Both the position numbers and the translations under genes were made by a program. From contig NW_005434670.1 of the NCBI RefSeq assembly GCF_000315625.1, positions 206,237-270,236 of the forward strand: a stretch of 64,000 nucleotides of DNA, written 5' to 3'. This DNA is from Guillardia theta CCMP2712. Its lineage: Eukaryota > Protista > Cryptophyta. Below, in pieces: positions 1 through 9,915 of the stretch. The notes beneath the pieces were generated by a model that saw only the letters and a list, made by a program, of their open reading frames with translations, was not told the DNA's origin and made no database searches. The first letter of the stretch is position 1; the number at the start of each line of letters is the position of its first letter.

Positions 1-530
1 TGATCGACCAACCCGCTGCGGACGTGAAGATATTCGGACAGCCTGGAGTCTCGTATGAGCACTTTGAGATTAGAAAGGGGGAGTACATGTGCTTTGAGAT
101 CACGGAGAAGCCAGGGAAGGTCTTTGAGAAGCTGTTCCAGGTCAATCGGCTGTACAATGTATTGAAGGACGACATGATTGGTGCAGACACAAAGATCGCG
201 GCGATGGGCTTGTTGATGAACGGCAAGAGAGAGGAGTTTGAGATAGTCAGTTTGTGTATGAGGGAGTTCTTTTCTCTGGCTTCTGACGCCAAGTATGATT
301 TGGCACCGATGGTGGAACCTGCCAGGATACCGTTCTTTTTGATGTACACTCCGTACAGGAATATCTTTGGAGTCATGCAGGATCTGAAGAACACGGTCGA
401 GAGCAAGTTCAACAAAATGGAGGGCAAGTTCAATGAAATGGACGGCAAGTTCAACAGAATGGACAGCAAGTTAGATGAATTGAATAGGACGATGGGGCTC
501 GTACTGAAGCATCTTAATATCGTACCATAA
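1..530 (+). CDS. ORF-A copy 1 (5' part outside window): putative PD-(D/E)XK-like nuclease with C-terminal coiled coil
   Basis: Identical to the C-terminal part of copies 2-4; heptads KFNKMEG-KFNEMDG-KFNRMDS-KLDELNR. Confidence 0.75.
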   Translation, partial: IDQPAADVKIFGQPGVSYEHFEIRKGEYMCFEITEKPGKVFEKLFQVNRLYNVLKDDMIGADTKIAAMGLLMNGKREEFEIVSLCMREFFSLASDAKYDLAPMVEPARIPFFLMYTPYRNIFGVMQDLKNTVESKFNKMEGKFNEMDGKFNRMDSKLDELNRTMGLVLKHLNIVP

Positions 531-533
531 TCG

Positions 534-2961
534 ACGCGACTGGAATGCCATCGGGCAGTACTTTAAACGACCGGCTCAGTCGACTCATCAAAGGTTATGG
601 AAGGGTGGTTACTCAAAAGAAATCCACGGGAGTGATGAAGTTGAAAGAAGGCAAAAGTGTCTTGGCAGTGAGAGAGTATGGAATTATTTGTGAAAAGATG
701 ACCCAGATACGTTCAGACACTATGGCACGAGAAATAGGATCAACAGGCTTGTTCGGATTTGCTGGTACCACGATCATGTGGAACTGTTGCTGTAGAAGCG
801 AAACTTTAGACATTCTACATCTTGAACACTTTGATTGGGAGAACGACTGCTTGAAGCTGACAATATTGAAGACCAAGATGGACCAAGGGGGTGTTGACGC
901 CGACATTTTTTCTCCCAGAACAAGGCACATATTTGCAGCACCCAACAAACCTATGTCTTGTCCTATCTTGGCCATTGCTTTGTATGCGTTTTCCCAAACC
1001 AGAATGAGGATAAGTCACACCAAATTTTTTCTGGGAAACGACCAGAAGCAGAGGTTTGGCCAAGTCTTGAGAAGGGTATTGTCCACAGAGGACATGCAGG
1101 AGGAAGTATGGAGGGATGTTGGTAAGTGCTAGCCTGAGGAAGTCTTGAGACTGAGATTGAAATGTGCAGGTTCGCACAGTTTTAGGAAGGGGAGCGTGAC
1201 GCATCTACTAGGCATTCCGGGAGGACCAGTCAGTACATCAATATTTCAACGAGCCAGCTGGTCCTTAGGCAACACCAAGGACAGGTACATCGGAACAGTG
1301 GAACCAGGCAATTATCAATACTGTGGGCGTATTCTAGCAGGGGACAACACCAAGAGCGAGAATTTCGATGTGTTACCTCCTCATTTCACAAGAGAAGGTC
1401 TGGCAAGAATCAACGATATTGGTATGCACAAGTTCATTGATGGATACGACACGTTCCCGGACAGCTACAAGAGATGTTTACCAATGTTCCTTGCGCAGAT
1501 AGTGTACCATCTGGACCGTCTCAAAGACATGTTTCCAAGTCACCATTTCCTATGGGGGTCACCTGTTTTTGCAGTGAAAGGCTCAAGAACAATGCAATTT
1601 TTACAAGAATTGAAAGAGCATCATATCAGTTTTTGTCGCGGGGAATGCGAAGAATGCGGTATGACCTGCAGTGGAGTTCCGATGCACGTGATGAATGTGG
1701 CTGAAATCAGGAAGCTGCGAGAGAGTCAAGAACAGGGAACAAAGCTGTTGCACGATACAGTGTTGAATGTTTCAACTTCGCTACCGCAAGACATTTACGA
1801 GCTGATCATTAGAAACTTTGAGGTGAACGGAGCCATTCCACTAGCTCAACGAGATCTGGAAAAGCTGCGGGAGGATCTGACATCCATGATGAATACAGGA
1901 TTCAGTGAAATCATGCAAGGACTTCTGACGTCGAGACTCAGGATGCAGGGTCCTGAGGAACTGACAGGGAGAGGGGGTGGAGGGGAACTGCCAATTATTG
2001 ACGACAGGACAGGCATACTGATTGAAGGCGAAACATTTACATGGGGGGGGATGCAACATCCTGTACCTCAAGGTTTTATTTTCCCTCAGAAGACGCCGTG
2101 CAAAAGTATGTGGCAGAAATGGCACCTAGGGCAAGAGGAGAAGATTAATGGAGAATGGAAGCGTATTGGTCCACTCAAACGTTTGGAAGGAACAGATCTA
2201 GTGTGTGCCAACATGAAGAAGAACCTTTGCAAAGCAAAAGCAGTCATGTTGGCCATCGAGGTAATGGGCAGAAGACTTGCAAATTTGAGTACTGATATTG
2301 GGATCGACCATGAGAACTATTCAGAGTGCTTCAATCATGGTTACGTTGAACTTGTCAAGGAGAAGTATGGACCGAATGCATGGAAAAAACAGAGAAAAAG
2401 ATTCACCGAGCTTTCATACACGACTATGTACAAAAGGTTATGTCGGAGCAACACAGGCCGAAAGAACAAGAGGAAGAGGAATGCGGTTGCCAACCGTGAC
2501 GAAGGTGTACGACGGTGCGTGTGGACATGTTACATTGCAATGGACAGTGACTGACTTTTTTGTAGGGTAAGAAGAATTGATGCTGCTCCAAGCCTGACCC
2601 AACAGACTCATTCTCCACTTCATTCAGACGTTGACATGGAGATCAGCGATTGACATGCAATAGCCTACCGGACTGTAAGATGACTTACAACCAAGTCAGT
2701 GTAATATTGGTATAAACTGCGCAGATGTGTTTGCATACAACGATTATGTCTCACCCGCCTTTCACCATTTTTTCGGCTAAGTCACATACAACTTGATTAT
2801 AAAGAATAATCCAGTACTGATGTGTACCAGTTTTGGAAAACACTCATCATGATTTGTACCGTCCTGAAATGTGTTCCTGGTACCAATCTTTGTGGAAACA
2901 TATTTAGTCAATATCTTTAAAACTAGTGCTATAAGCTGTGCACTCACAACAAGGTCTGTTT
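534..2961 (+). mobile_element. Crypton-like tyrosine-recombinase DNA transposon, probably 5'-truncated
   Basis: Sequence departs from the repeat unit after TAATCG (533) and rejoins it at AGTTTCCCCAAAGCTG (2962). The block encodes YR and GCR1_C-like domains. No terminal inverted repeats seen. Confidence 0.85.
545..2653 (+). CDS. Crypton tyrosine recombinase with C-terminal GCR1_C-like DNA-binding domain; predicted introns 1122-1169 and 2515-2565
   Basis: Motifs WNCCCRSE (catalytic R), KTKMDQGG, RHIFAAP..PMSCPILAIALY, GSHSFRKG (HxxR), RASWSLG..KDRY (W and Y nucleophile), and FIFP..KSMWQKWHLG..IGPLKRL. Removing GTAAGT..TGCAG (48 nt) removes the TAG and gives RDVGSHSFRKG. Confidence 0.85.
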
Positions 2962-3020
2962 AGTTTCCCCAAAGCTGCGGCAGGTTGCTTGAGGACGATC
3001 AGTGTGAGGACAATCAGGAC

Positions 3021-4211
3021 ATGAATACTACTGTCAAGTCGCTACATAGGTGCTGCTACCGTGACCGCATGCACAGCTTGCTGCAATGGCCCCACCGCAT
3101 GCTCAGCTCGAGCAAGCCTGATCCATCAAGAATGCAGGGCAAGGCTGACTATCAATGCCTGAGATCTCCTCTCAACCTCGTGCATCATATGGGCGCGTAT
3201 GAAAGTCTTATCCTCAGCAGATGTGCGAGTCCAGGCTGGATGAGACGCAAGCCTCAGTACCGCATGCACAGCTTGCTGCAATGGCCCCACCGCATGCTCA
3301 GCTCGAGCAAGCCTGATCCATCAGGCAAGGCTGACTATCAATGCCTGAGATCTCCTCTCGACCTCGTGCATCATATGGGCGCGTATGAAAGTCTTATCCT
3401 CAGCAGATGTGCGAGTCCAGGCTGTATACGACGGGAGAAACTCCGAGTGGACAAGGAGATGAGTCGCAAGCTCGCAGAGAGTGGCGTTCTCACTGATGGC
3501 TACATGAAGAGGTTTAACGCTGCGGTCGACGCCGCGTGCAATGAGTATAGCAAACGCTTGAAGGAATGCCATGATGAGAGTCACTTGACGATCAGTCGAT
3601 TGGATCCTAAAACTCCAGACTTAAAAAAAGTAACAGAATTCCAAGCCGACCTGTGCGTGAGCTTTGACGAGGACACGGATCTTGAAACCATCTTCAAGGA
3701 TGTGATCGACCAACCCGCTGCGGACGTGAAGATATTCGGACAGCCTGGAGTCTCGTATGAGCACTTTGAGATTAGAAAGGGGGAGTACATGTGCTTTGAG
3801 ATCACGGAGAAGCCAGGGAAGGTCTTTGAGAAGCTGTTCCAGGTCAATCGGCTGTACAATGTATTGAAGGACGACATGATTGGTGCAGACACAAAGATCG
3901 CGGCGATGGGCTTGTTGATGAACGGCAAGAGAGAGGAGTTTGAGATAGTCAGTTTGTGTATGAGGGAGTTCTTTTCTCTGGCTTCTGACGCCAAGTATGA
4001 TTTGGCACCGATGGTGGAACCTGCCAGGATACCGTTCTTTTTGATGTACACTCCGTACAGGAATATCTTTGGAGTCATGCAGGATCTGAAGAACACGGTC
4101 GAGAGCAAGTTCAACAAAATGGAGGGCAAGTTCAATGAAATGGACGGCAAGTTAGATGAATTGAATAGGACGATGGGGCTCGTACTGAAGCATCTTAATA
4201 TCGTACCATAA
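3021..4211 (+). CDS. ORF-A copy 2 (start at Met 3021, or possibly 3375)
   Basis: Open frame. Motifs GAYE..., EFQADL, CFEITEK, KLFQVNRL. Heptads KFNKMEG-KFNEMDG-KLDELNR. Confidence 0.75.
   Translation: MNTTVKSLHRCCYRDRMHSLLQWPHRMLSSSKPDPSRMQGKADYQCLRSPLNLVHHMGAYESLILSRCASPGWMRRKPQYRMHSLLQWPHRMLSSSKPDPSGKADYQCLRSPLDLVHHMGAYESLILSRCASPGCIRREKLRVDKEMSRKLAESGVLTDGYMKRFNAAVDAACNEYSKRLKECHDESHLTISRLDPKTPDLKKVTEFQADLCVSFDEDTDLETIFKDVIDQPAADVKIFGQPGVSYEHFEIRKGEYMCFEITEKPGKVFEKLFQVNRLYNVLKDDMIGADTKIAAMGLLMNGKREEFEIVSLCMREFFSLASDAKYDLAPMVEPARIPFFLMYTPYRNIFGVMQDLKNTVESKFNKMEGKFNEMDGKLDELNRTMGLVLKHLNIVP
3064..3424 (+). repeat. 195-bp-period internal duplication at the 5' end of ORF-A (also in copies 3 and 4)
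   Basis: ACCGCATGCACAGCTTG... recurs at 3064 and 3259. The second copy has a 9-nt in-frame deletion (RMQ). Confidence 0.9.
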
Positions 4212-5438
4212 TCGCCTTTGGTCAAACGACTCTTACTGCGAACAGTGGCCCATGACTGTCAAGACCTGTTGCATGCTTGTGGATGGTGGCTGATGTTTGT
4301 GTATCCAGTGGCAATGGTAACAGTGGCTCACCGTAGCGAGGGATGGGAATAAAGTACGTATTGAAACTTCAGTAGAATGAGAGAGCCGCTGAGCCTCGCG
4401 GCCCGGACTGGCGCGGCCGCCGCATTGCCGAAGACATCATGCGACTAACTTTGGAAATACAATGATCCTTGGCACGCCGGCCGTGGATAGGCTTTGACGG
4501 CGGGACTGAGTTCACTATTACTGCTGGAGTCAGGGCCTACAGTGAAGGAGCTTCACTGATTTCATCAGTCTGCTAGAAAGCATCCGAGTCTGCCCCTCGA
4601 ACTTTCATCCCTTGCAGTGTCCCAGCCGTCGGGCCGCCGGAGAACGCGGCGGCTCAGCAGCCTTCAGTGTGACTCTCCGATCCTGATCACTGGCAGTGCC
4701 GCTGTGCGGTAGACGGTGTGCAATCTAAACTTGATCACTGAGTACGTGGATAATCAGGAGACTCTCTTCAAGAATCGAGGAGGCTTGACCGTGACGGTAC
4801 GACGGTCCGAGGCTGAGTGACCGTGAGCCGCTGGAACCGGACAACCCTCGATGCCGCATCACCAGTCAGAGTCAGTGAGCCGGGCCTGCCGGGACTGGCA
4901 GTGCGGCGATCGGCCGCGGCGCGGCCCGGCGCTTGCCCCGGGGCCCGGGGGCTCCCGGGTAGTAGTACCCGGTCACTGAGCCTCTGAGTCCGACCGTCGG
5001 AGTCGGCGGCGGTACCGTCGGCGGGTGATCATCGGACCCGACCAGTCACTGTGCTGCCGACCGCGGCCGGGGGCGGCGCCGGGCGCCGCCGAGTCGGAGC
5101 CGCGCCGGCCCGCCGGCCGGCGGGGACGGTGACTCCGGAGTCCGGCGGACTGGGTGACACGGACTCCGGGCGCCGGGCGTGGCACTGCGGCACGCCGGAT
5201 TCAACTTCGGATAATCCGATCTCGAGTCCTGATTTTCTCGGTGCACCGGGCCGAACTGCCAGGGCTGACTCCCGCTGCAGTGCGGCGGCACGGTTGCCGC
5301 AGTGCGAGGCAGGCGGGGATGATCGAAGTCGCCCGGCGTCCTGCGGTCGTCACCCGGCCCCTGCCGCGGACTTTGACGGCGGGAATCAGAAAGGCGGGAA
5401 CTCAGTCGGAGTCTCGGACGCGGCTTCCGATCAGTTCT

Positions 5439-5454
5439 GGCGGGAAACTTCAAA
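5439..5454 (-). promoter_or_regulatory. E2F-like plus CHR-like composite motif (TTTGAAGTTTCCCGCC on the minus strand); second copy at 8272-8287
   Basis: Matches the E2F consensus TTTSSCGC next to TTTGAA. Two more GGCGGGAA sites lie within ~70 bp. 15/16 identical to the motif upstream of RFC1. Confidence 0.45.
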
Positions 5455-5870
5455 AAGTTTGTTGGCGGCAACAAACACTACGCTCCCCACCCCTGTTGTT
5501 GACTCAGGGCTCAGCAGTTGAGCACGGGTAGTCACACCGTACGGTCTTGGGTCGCATGAAGCGCTGGGTTTGTACGAGGTGAGGTTGATATCTCATTTCT
5601 TGGGAACTGCAAGGTACTGGAGCTCTTATACATATGAGGTACAACTGGTACACGAGGAGGTACGGGGGAGGTCGTGTGGCCCTACCAAACTTTGTCAGGA
5701 TGGGCTCTACACGGTACAGAGATTCGTATGGAGGTTTCCAAAAAGGGTTGTAGAATGTGGTAGGGCTGGGCGGATTTAAAAAGAGGCTTTGTATAATCAG
5801 TTTAAAAGTCCAGTTTCCCCAAAGCTGCGGCAGGTTGCTTGGCTACGATCAGTGTGAGGACAATCAGGAC

Positions 5871-7040
5871 ATGAATACTACTGTCAAGTCGCTACATAGG
5901 TGCTGCTACCGTGACCGCATGCACAGCTTGCTGCAATGGCCCCACCGCATGCTCAGCTCGAGAAAGCCTGATCCATCAAGAATGCAGGGCAAGGCTGACT
6001 ATCAATGCCTGAGATCTCCTCTCAACCTCGTGCATCATATGGGCGCGTATGAAAGTCTTATCCTCAGCAGATGTGCGAGTCCAGGCTGGATGAGACGCAA
6101 GCCTCAGTACCGCATGCACAGCTTGCTGCAATGGCCCCACCGCATGCTCAGCTCGAGCAAGCCTGATCCATCAGGCAAGGCTGACTATCAATGCCTGAGA
6201 TCTCCTCTCGACCTCGTGCATCATATGGGCGCGTATGAAAGTCTTATCCTCAGCAGATGTGCGAGTCCAGGCTGTATACGACGGGAGAAACTCCGAGTGG
6301 ACAAGGAGATGAGTCGCAAGCTCGCAGAGAGTGGCGTTCTCACTGATGGCTACATGAAGAGGTTTAACGCTGCGGTCGACGCCGCGTGCAATGAGTATAG
6401 CAAACGCTTGAAGGAATGCCATGATGAGAGTCACTTGACGATCAGTCGATTGGATCCTAAAACTCCAGACTTAAAAAAAGTAACAGAATTCCAAGCCGAC
6501 CTGTGCGTGAGCTTTGACGAGGACACGGATCTTGAAACCATCTTCAAGGACGTGATCGACCAACCCGCTGCGGACGTGAAGATATTCGGACAGCCTGGAG
6601 TCTCGTATGAGCACTTTGAGATTAGAAAGGGGGAGTACATGTGCTTTGAGATCACGGAGAAGCCAGGGAAGGTCTTTGAGAAGCTGTTCCAGGTCAATCG
6701 GCTGTACAATGTATTGAAGGACGACATGATTGGTGCAGACACAAAGATCGCGGCGATGGGCTTGTTGATGAACGGCAAGAGAGAGGAGTTTGAGATAGTC
6801 AGTTTGTGTATGAGGGAGTTCTTTTCTCTGGCTTCTGACGCCAAGTATGATTTGGCACCGATGGTGGAACCTGCCAGGATACCGTTCTTTTTGATGTACA
6901 CTCCGTACAGGAATATCTTTGGAGTCATGCAGGATCTGAAGAACACGGTCGAGAGCAAGTTCAACAGAATGGACGGCAAGTTAGATGAATTGAATAGGAC
7001 GATGGGGCTCGTACTGAAGCATCTTAATATCGTACCATAA
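5871..7040 (+). CDS. ORF-A copy 3
   Basis: Open frame; single chimeric heptad KFNRMDG before KLDELNR. Confidence 0.75.
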   Translation: MNTTVKSLHRCCYRDRMHSLLQWPHRMLSSRKPDPSRMQGKADYQCLRSPLNLVHHMGAYESLILSRCASPGWMRRKPQYRMHSLLQWPHRMLSSSKPDPSGKADYQCLRSPLDLVHHMGAYESLILSRCASPGCIRREKLRVDKEMSRKLAESGVLTDGYMKRFNAAVDAACNEYSKRLKECHDESHLTISRLDPKTPDLKKVTEFQADLCVSFDEDTDLETIFKDVIDQPAADVKIFGQPGVSYEHFEIRKGEYMCFEITEKPGKVFEKLFQVNRLYNVLKDDMIGADTKIAAMGLLMNGKREEFEIVSLCMREFFSLASDAKYDLAPMVEPARIPFFLMYTPYRNIFGVMQDLKNTVESKFNRMDGKLDELNRTMGLVLKHLNIVP

Positions 7041-8703
7041 TCGCCTTTGGTCAAACGACTCTTACTGCGAACAGTGGCCCATGACTGTCAAGACCTGTTG
7101 CATGCTTGTGGATGGTGGCTGATGTTTGTGTATCCAGTGGCAATGGTAACAGTGGCTCACCGTAGCGAGGGATGGGAATAAAGTACGTATTGAAACTTCA
7201 GTAGAATGAGAGAGCCGCTGAGCCTCGCGGCCCGGACTGGCGCGGCCGCCGCATTGCCGAAGACATCATGCGACTAACTTTGGAAATACAATGATCCTTG
7301 GCACGCCGGCCGTGGATAGGCTTTGACGGCGGGACTGAGTTCACTATTACTGCTGGAGTCAGGGCCTACAGTGAAGGAGCTTCACTGATTTCATCAGTCT
7401 GCTAGAAAGCATCCGAGTCTGCCCCTCGAACTTTCATCCCTTGCAGTGTCCCAGCCGTCGGGCCGCCGGAGAACGCGGCGGCTCAGCAGCCTTCAGTGTG
7501 ACTCTCCGATCCTGATCACTGGCAGTGCCGCTGTGCGGTAGACGGTGTGCAATCTAAACTTGATCACTGAGTACGTGGATAATCAGGAGACTCTCTTCAA
7601 GAATCGAGGAGGCTTGACCGTGACGGTACGACGGTCCGAGGCTGAGTGACCGTGAGCCGCTGGAACTGACCGGACAACCCTCGATGCCGCATCACCAGTC
7701 AGAGTCAGTGAGCCGGGCCTGCCGGGACTGGCAGTGCGGCGATCGGCCGCGGCGCGGCCCGGCGCTTGCCCCGGGGCCCGGGGGCTCCCGGGTAGTAGTA
7801 CCCGGTCACTGAGCCTCTGAGTCCGACCGTCGGAGTCGGCGGCGGTACCGTCGGCGGGTGATCATCGGACCCGACCAGTCACTGTGCTGCCGACCGCGGC
7901 CGGGGGCGGCGCCGGGCGCCGCCGAGTCGGAGCCGCGCCGGCCCGCCGGCCGGCGGGGACGGTGACTCCGGAGTCCGGCGGACTGGGTGACACGGACTCC
8001 GGGCGCCGGGCGTGGCACTGCGGCACGCCGGATTCAACTTCGGATAATCCGATCTCGAGTCCTGATTTTCTCGGTGCACCGGGCCGAACTGCCAGGGCTG
8101 ACTCCCGCTGCAGTGCGGCGGCACGGTTGCCGCAGTGCGAGGCAGGCGGGGATGATCGAAGTCGCCCGGCGTCCTGCGGTCGTCACCCGGCCCCTGCCGC
8201 GGACTTTGACGGCGGGAATCAGAAAGGCGGGAACTCAGTCGGAGTCTCGGACGCGGCTTCCGATCAGTTCTGGCGGGAAACTTCAAAAAGTTTGTTGGCG
8301 GCAACAAACACTACGCTCCCCACCCCTGTTGTTGACTCAGGGCTCAGCAGTTGAGCACGGGTAGTCACACCGTACGGTCTTGGGTCGCATGAAGCGCTGG
8401 GTTTGTACGAGGTGAGGTTGATATCTCATTTCTTGGGAACTGCAAGGTACTGGAGCTCTTATACATATGAGGTACAACTGGTACACGAGGAGGTACGGGG
8501 GAGGTCGTGTGGCCCTACCAAACTTTGTCAGGATGGGCTCTACACGGTACAGAGATTCGTATGGAGGTTTCCAAAAAGGGTTGTAGAATGTGGTAGGGCT
8601 GGGCGGATTTAAAAAGAGGCTTTGTATAATCAGTTTAAAAGTCCAGTTTCCCCAAAGCTGCGGCAGGTTGCTTGGCTACGATCAGTGTGAGGACAATCAG
8701 GAC

Positions 8704-9915
8704 ATGAATACTACTGTCAAGTCGCTACATAGGTGCTGCTACCGTGACCGCATGCACAGCTTGCTGCAATGGCCCCACCGCATGCTCAGCTCGAGAAAGC
8801 CTGATCCATCAAGAATGCAGGGCAAGGCTGACTATCAATGCCTGAGATCTCCTCTCAACCTCGTGCATCATATGGGCGCGTATGAAAGTCTTATCCTCAG
8901 CAGATGTGCGAGTCCAGGCTGGATGAGACGCAAGCCTCAGTACCGCATGCACAGCTTGCTGCAATGGCCCCACCGCATGCTCAGCTCGAGCAAGCCTGAT
9001 CCATCAGGCAAGGCTGACTATCAATGCCTGAGATCTCCTCTCGACCTCGTGCATCATATGGGCGCGTATGAAAGTCTTATCCTCAGCAGATGTGCGAGTC
9101 CAGGCTGTATACGACGGGAGAAACTCCGAGTGGACAAGGAGATGAGTCGCAAGCTCGCAGAGAGTGGCGTTCTCACTGATGGCTACATGAAGAGGTTTAA
9201 CGCTGCGGTCGACGCCGCGTGCAATGAGTATAGCAAACGCTTGAAGGAATGCCATGATGAGAGTCACTTGACGATCAGTCGATTGGATCCTAAAACTCCA
9301 GACTTAAAAAAAGTAACAGAATTCCAAGCCGACCTGTGCGTGAGCTTTGACGAGGACACGGATCTTGAAACCATCTTCAAGGACGTGATCGACCAACCCG
9401 CTGCGGACGTGAAGATATTCGGACAGCCTGGAGTCTCGTATGAGCACTTTGAGATTAGAAAGGGGGAGTACATGTGCTTTGAGATCACGGAGAAGCCAGG
9501 GAAGGTCTTTGAGAAGCTGTTCCAGGTCAATCGGCTGTACAATGTATTGAAGGACGACATGATTGGTGCAGACACAAAGATCGCGGCGATGGGCTTGTTG
9601 ATGAACGGCAAGAGAGAGGAGTTTGAGATAGTCAGTTTGTGTATGAGGGAGTTCTTTTCTCTGGCTTCTGACGCCAAGTATGATTTGGCACCGATGGTGG
9701 AACCTGCCAGGATACCGTTCTTTTTGATGTACACTCCGTACAGGAATATCTTTGGAGTCATGCAGGATCTGAAGAACACGGTCGAGAGCAAGTTCAACAA
9801 AATGGAGGGCAAGTTCAACAGAATGGACAGCAAGTTCAACAGAATGGACAGCAAGTTAGATGAATTGAATAGGACGATGGGGCTCGTACTGAAGCATCTT
9901 AATATCGTACCATAA
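8704..9915 (+). CDS. ORF-A copy 4
   Basis: Open frame; heptads KFNKMEG-KFNRMDS-KFNRMDS-KLDELNR. Confidence 0.75.
   Translation: MNTTVKSLHRCCYRDRMHSLLQWPHRMLSSRKPDPSRMQGKADYQCLRSPLNLVHHMGAYESLILSRCASPGWMRRKPQYRMHSLLQWPHRMLSSSKPDPSGKADYQCLRSPLDLVHHMGAYESLILSRCASPGCIRREKLRVDKEMSRKLAESGVLTDGYMKRFNAAVDAACNEYSKRLKECHDESHLTISRLDPKTPDLKKVTEFQADLCVSFDEDTDLETIFKDVIDQPAADVKIFGQPGVSYEHFEIRKGEYMCFEITEKPGKVFEKLFQVNRLYNVLKDDMIGADTKIAAMGLLMNGKREEFEIVSLCMREFFSLASDAKYDLAPMVEPARIPFFLMYTPYRNIFGVMQDLKNTVESKFNKMEGKFNRMDSKFNRMDSKLDELNRTMGLVLKHLNIVP

Noticed and set aside
1130-1132. Premature TAG splitting the recombinase into two ORFs (pseudogene call)
   Set aside because: It lies within a canonical 48-nt GT-AG intron whose removal restores the conserved motif spacing.
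534-2961. Terminal inverted repeats or a target-site duplication around the YR block
   Set aside because: None seen. The two junctions map to different positions of the repeat unit, so it is a replacement or rearrangement, not a simple insertion.
3581-4225. Long antisense ORFs over ORF-A (also 6431-7054 and 9264-9929) as a possible antitoxin
   Set aside because: They mirror the sense frame with S/I/F-rich shadow composition and no motif. Conservation is explained by copy identity. Strand-specific RNA-seq would be needed to revive this.
4973-5531. Overlapping Arg/Pro/Gly/Ala-rich ORFs in the GC spacer (similar ones at 40502-40774 and 57530-57932)
   Set aside because: Expected from very high GC content. 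Homologous spacer DNA accumulates frame-breaking indels.
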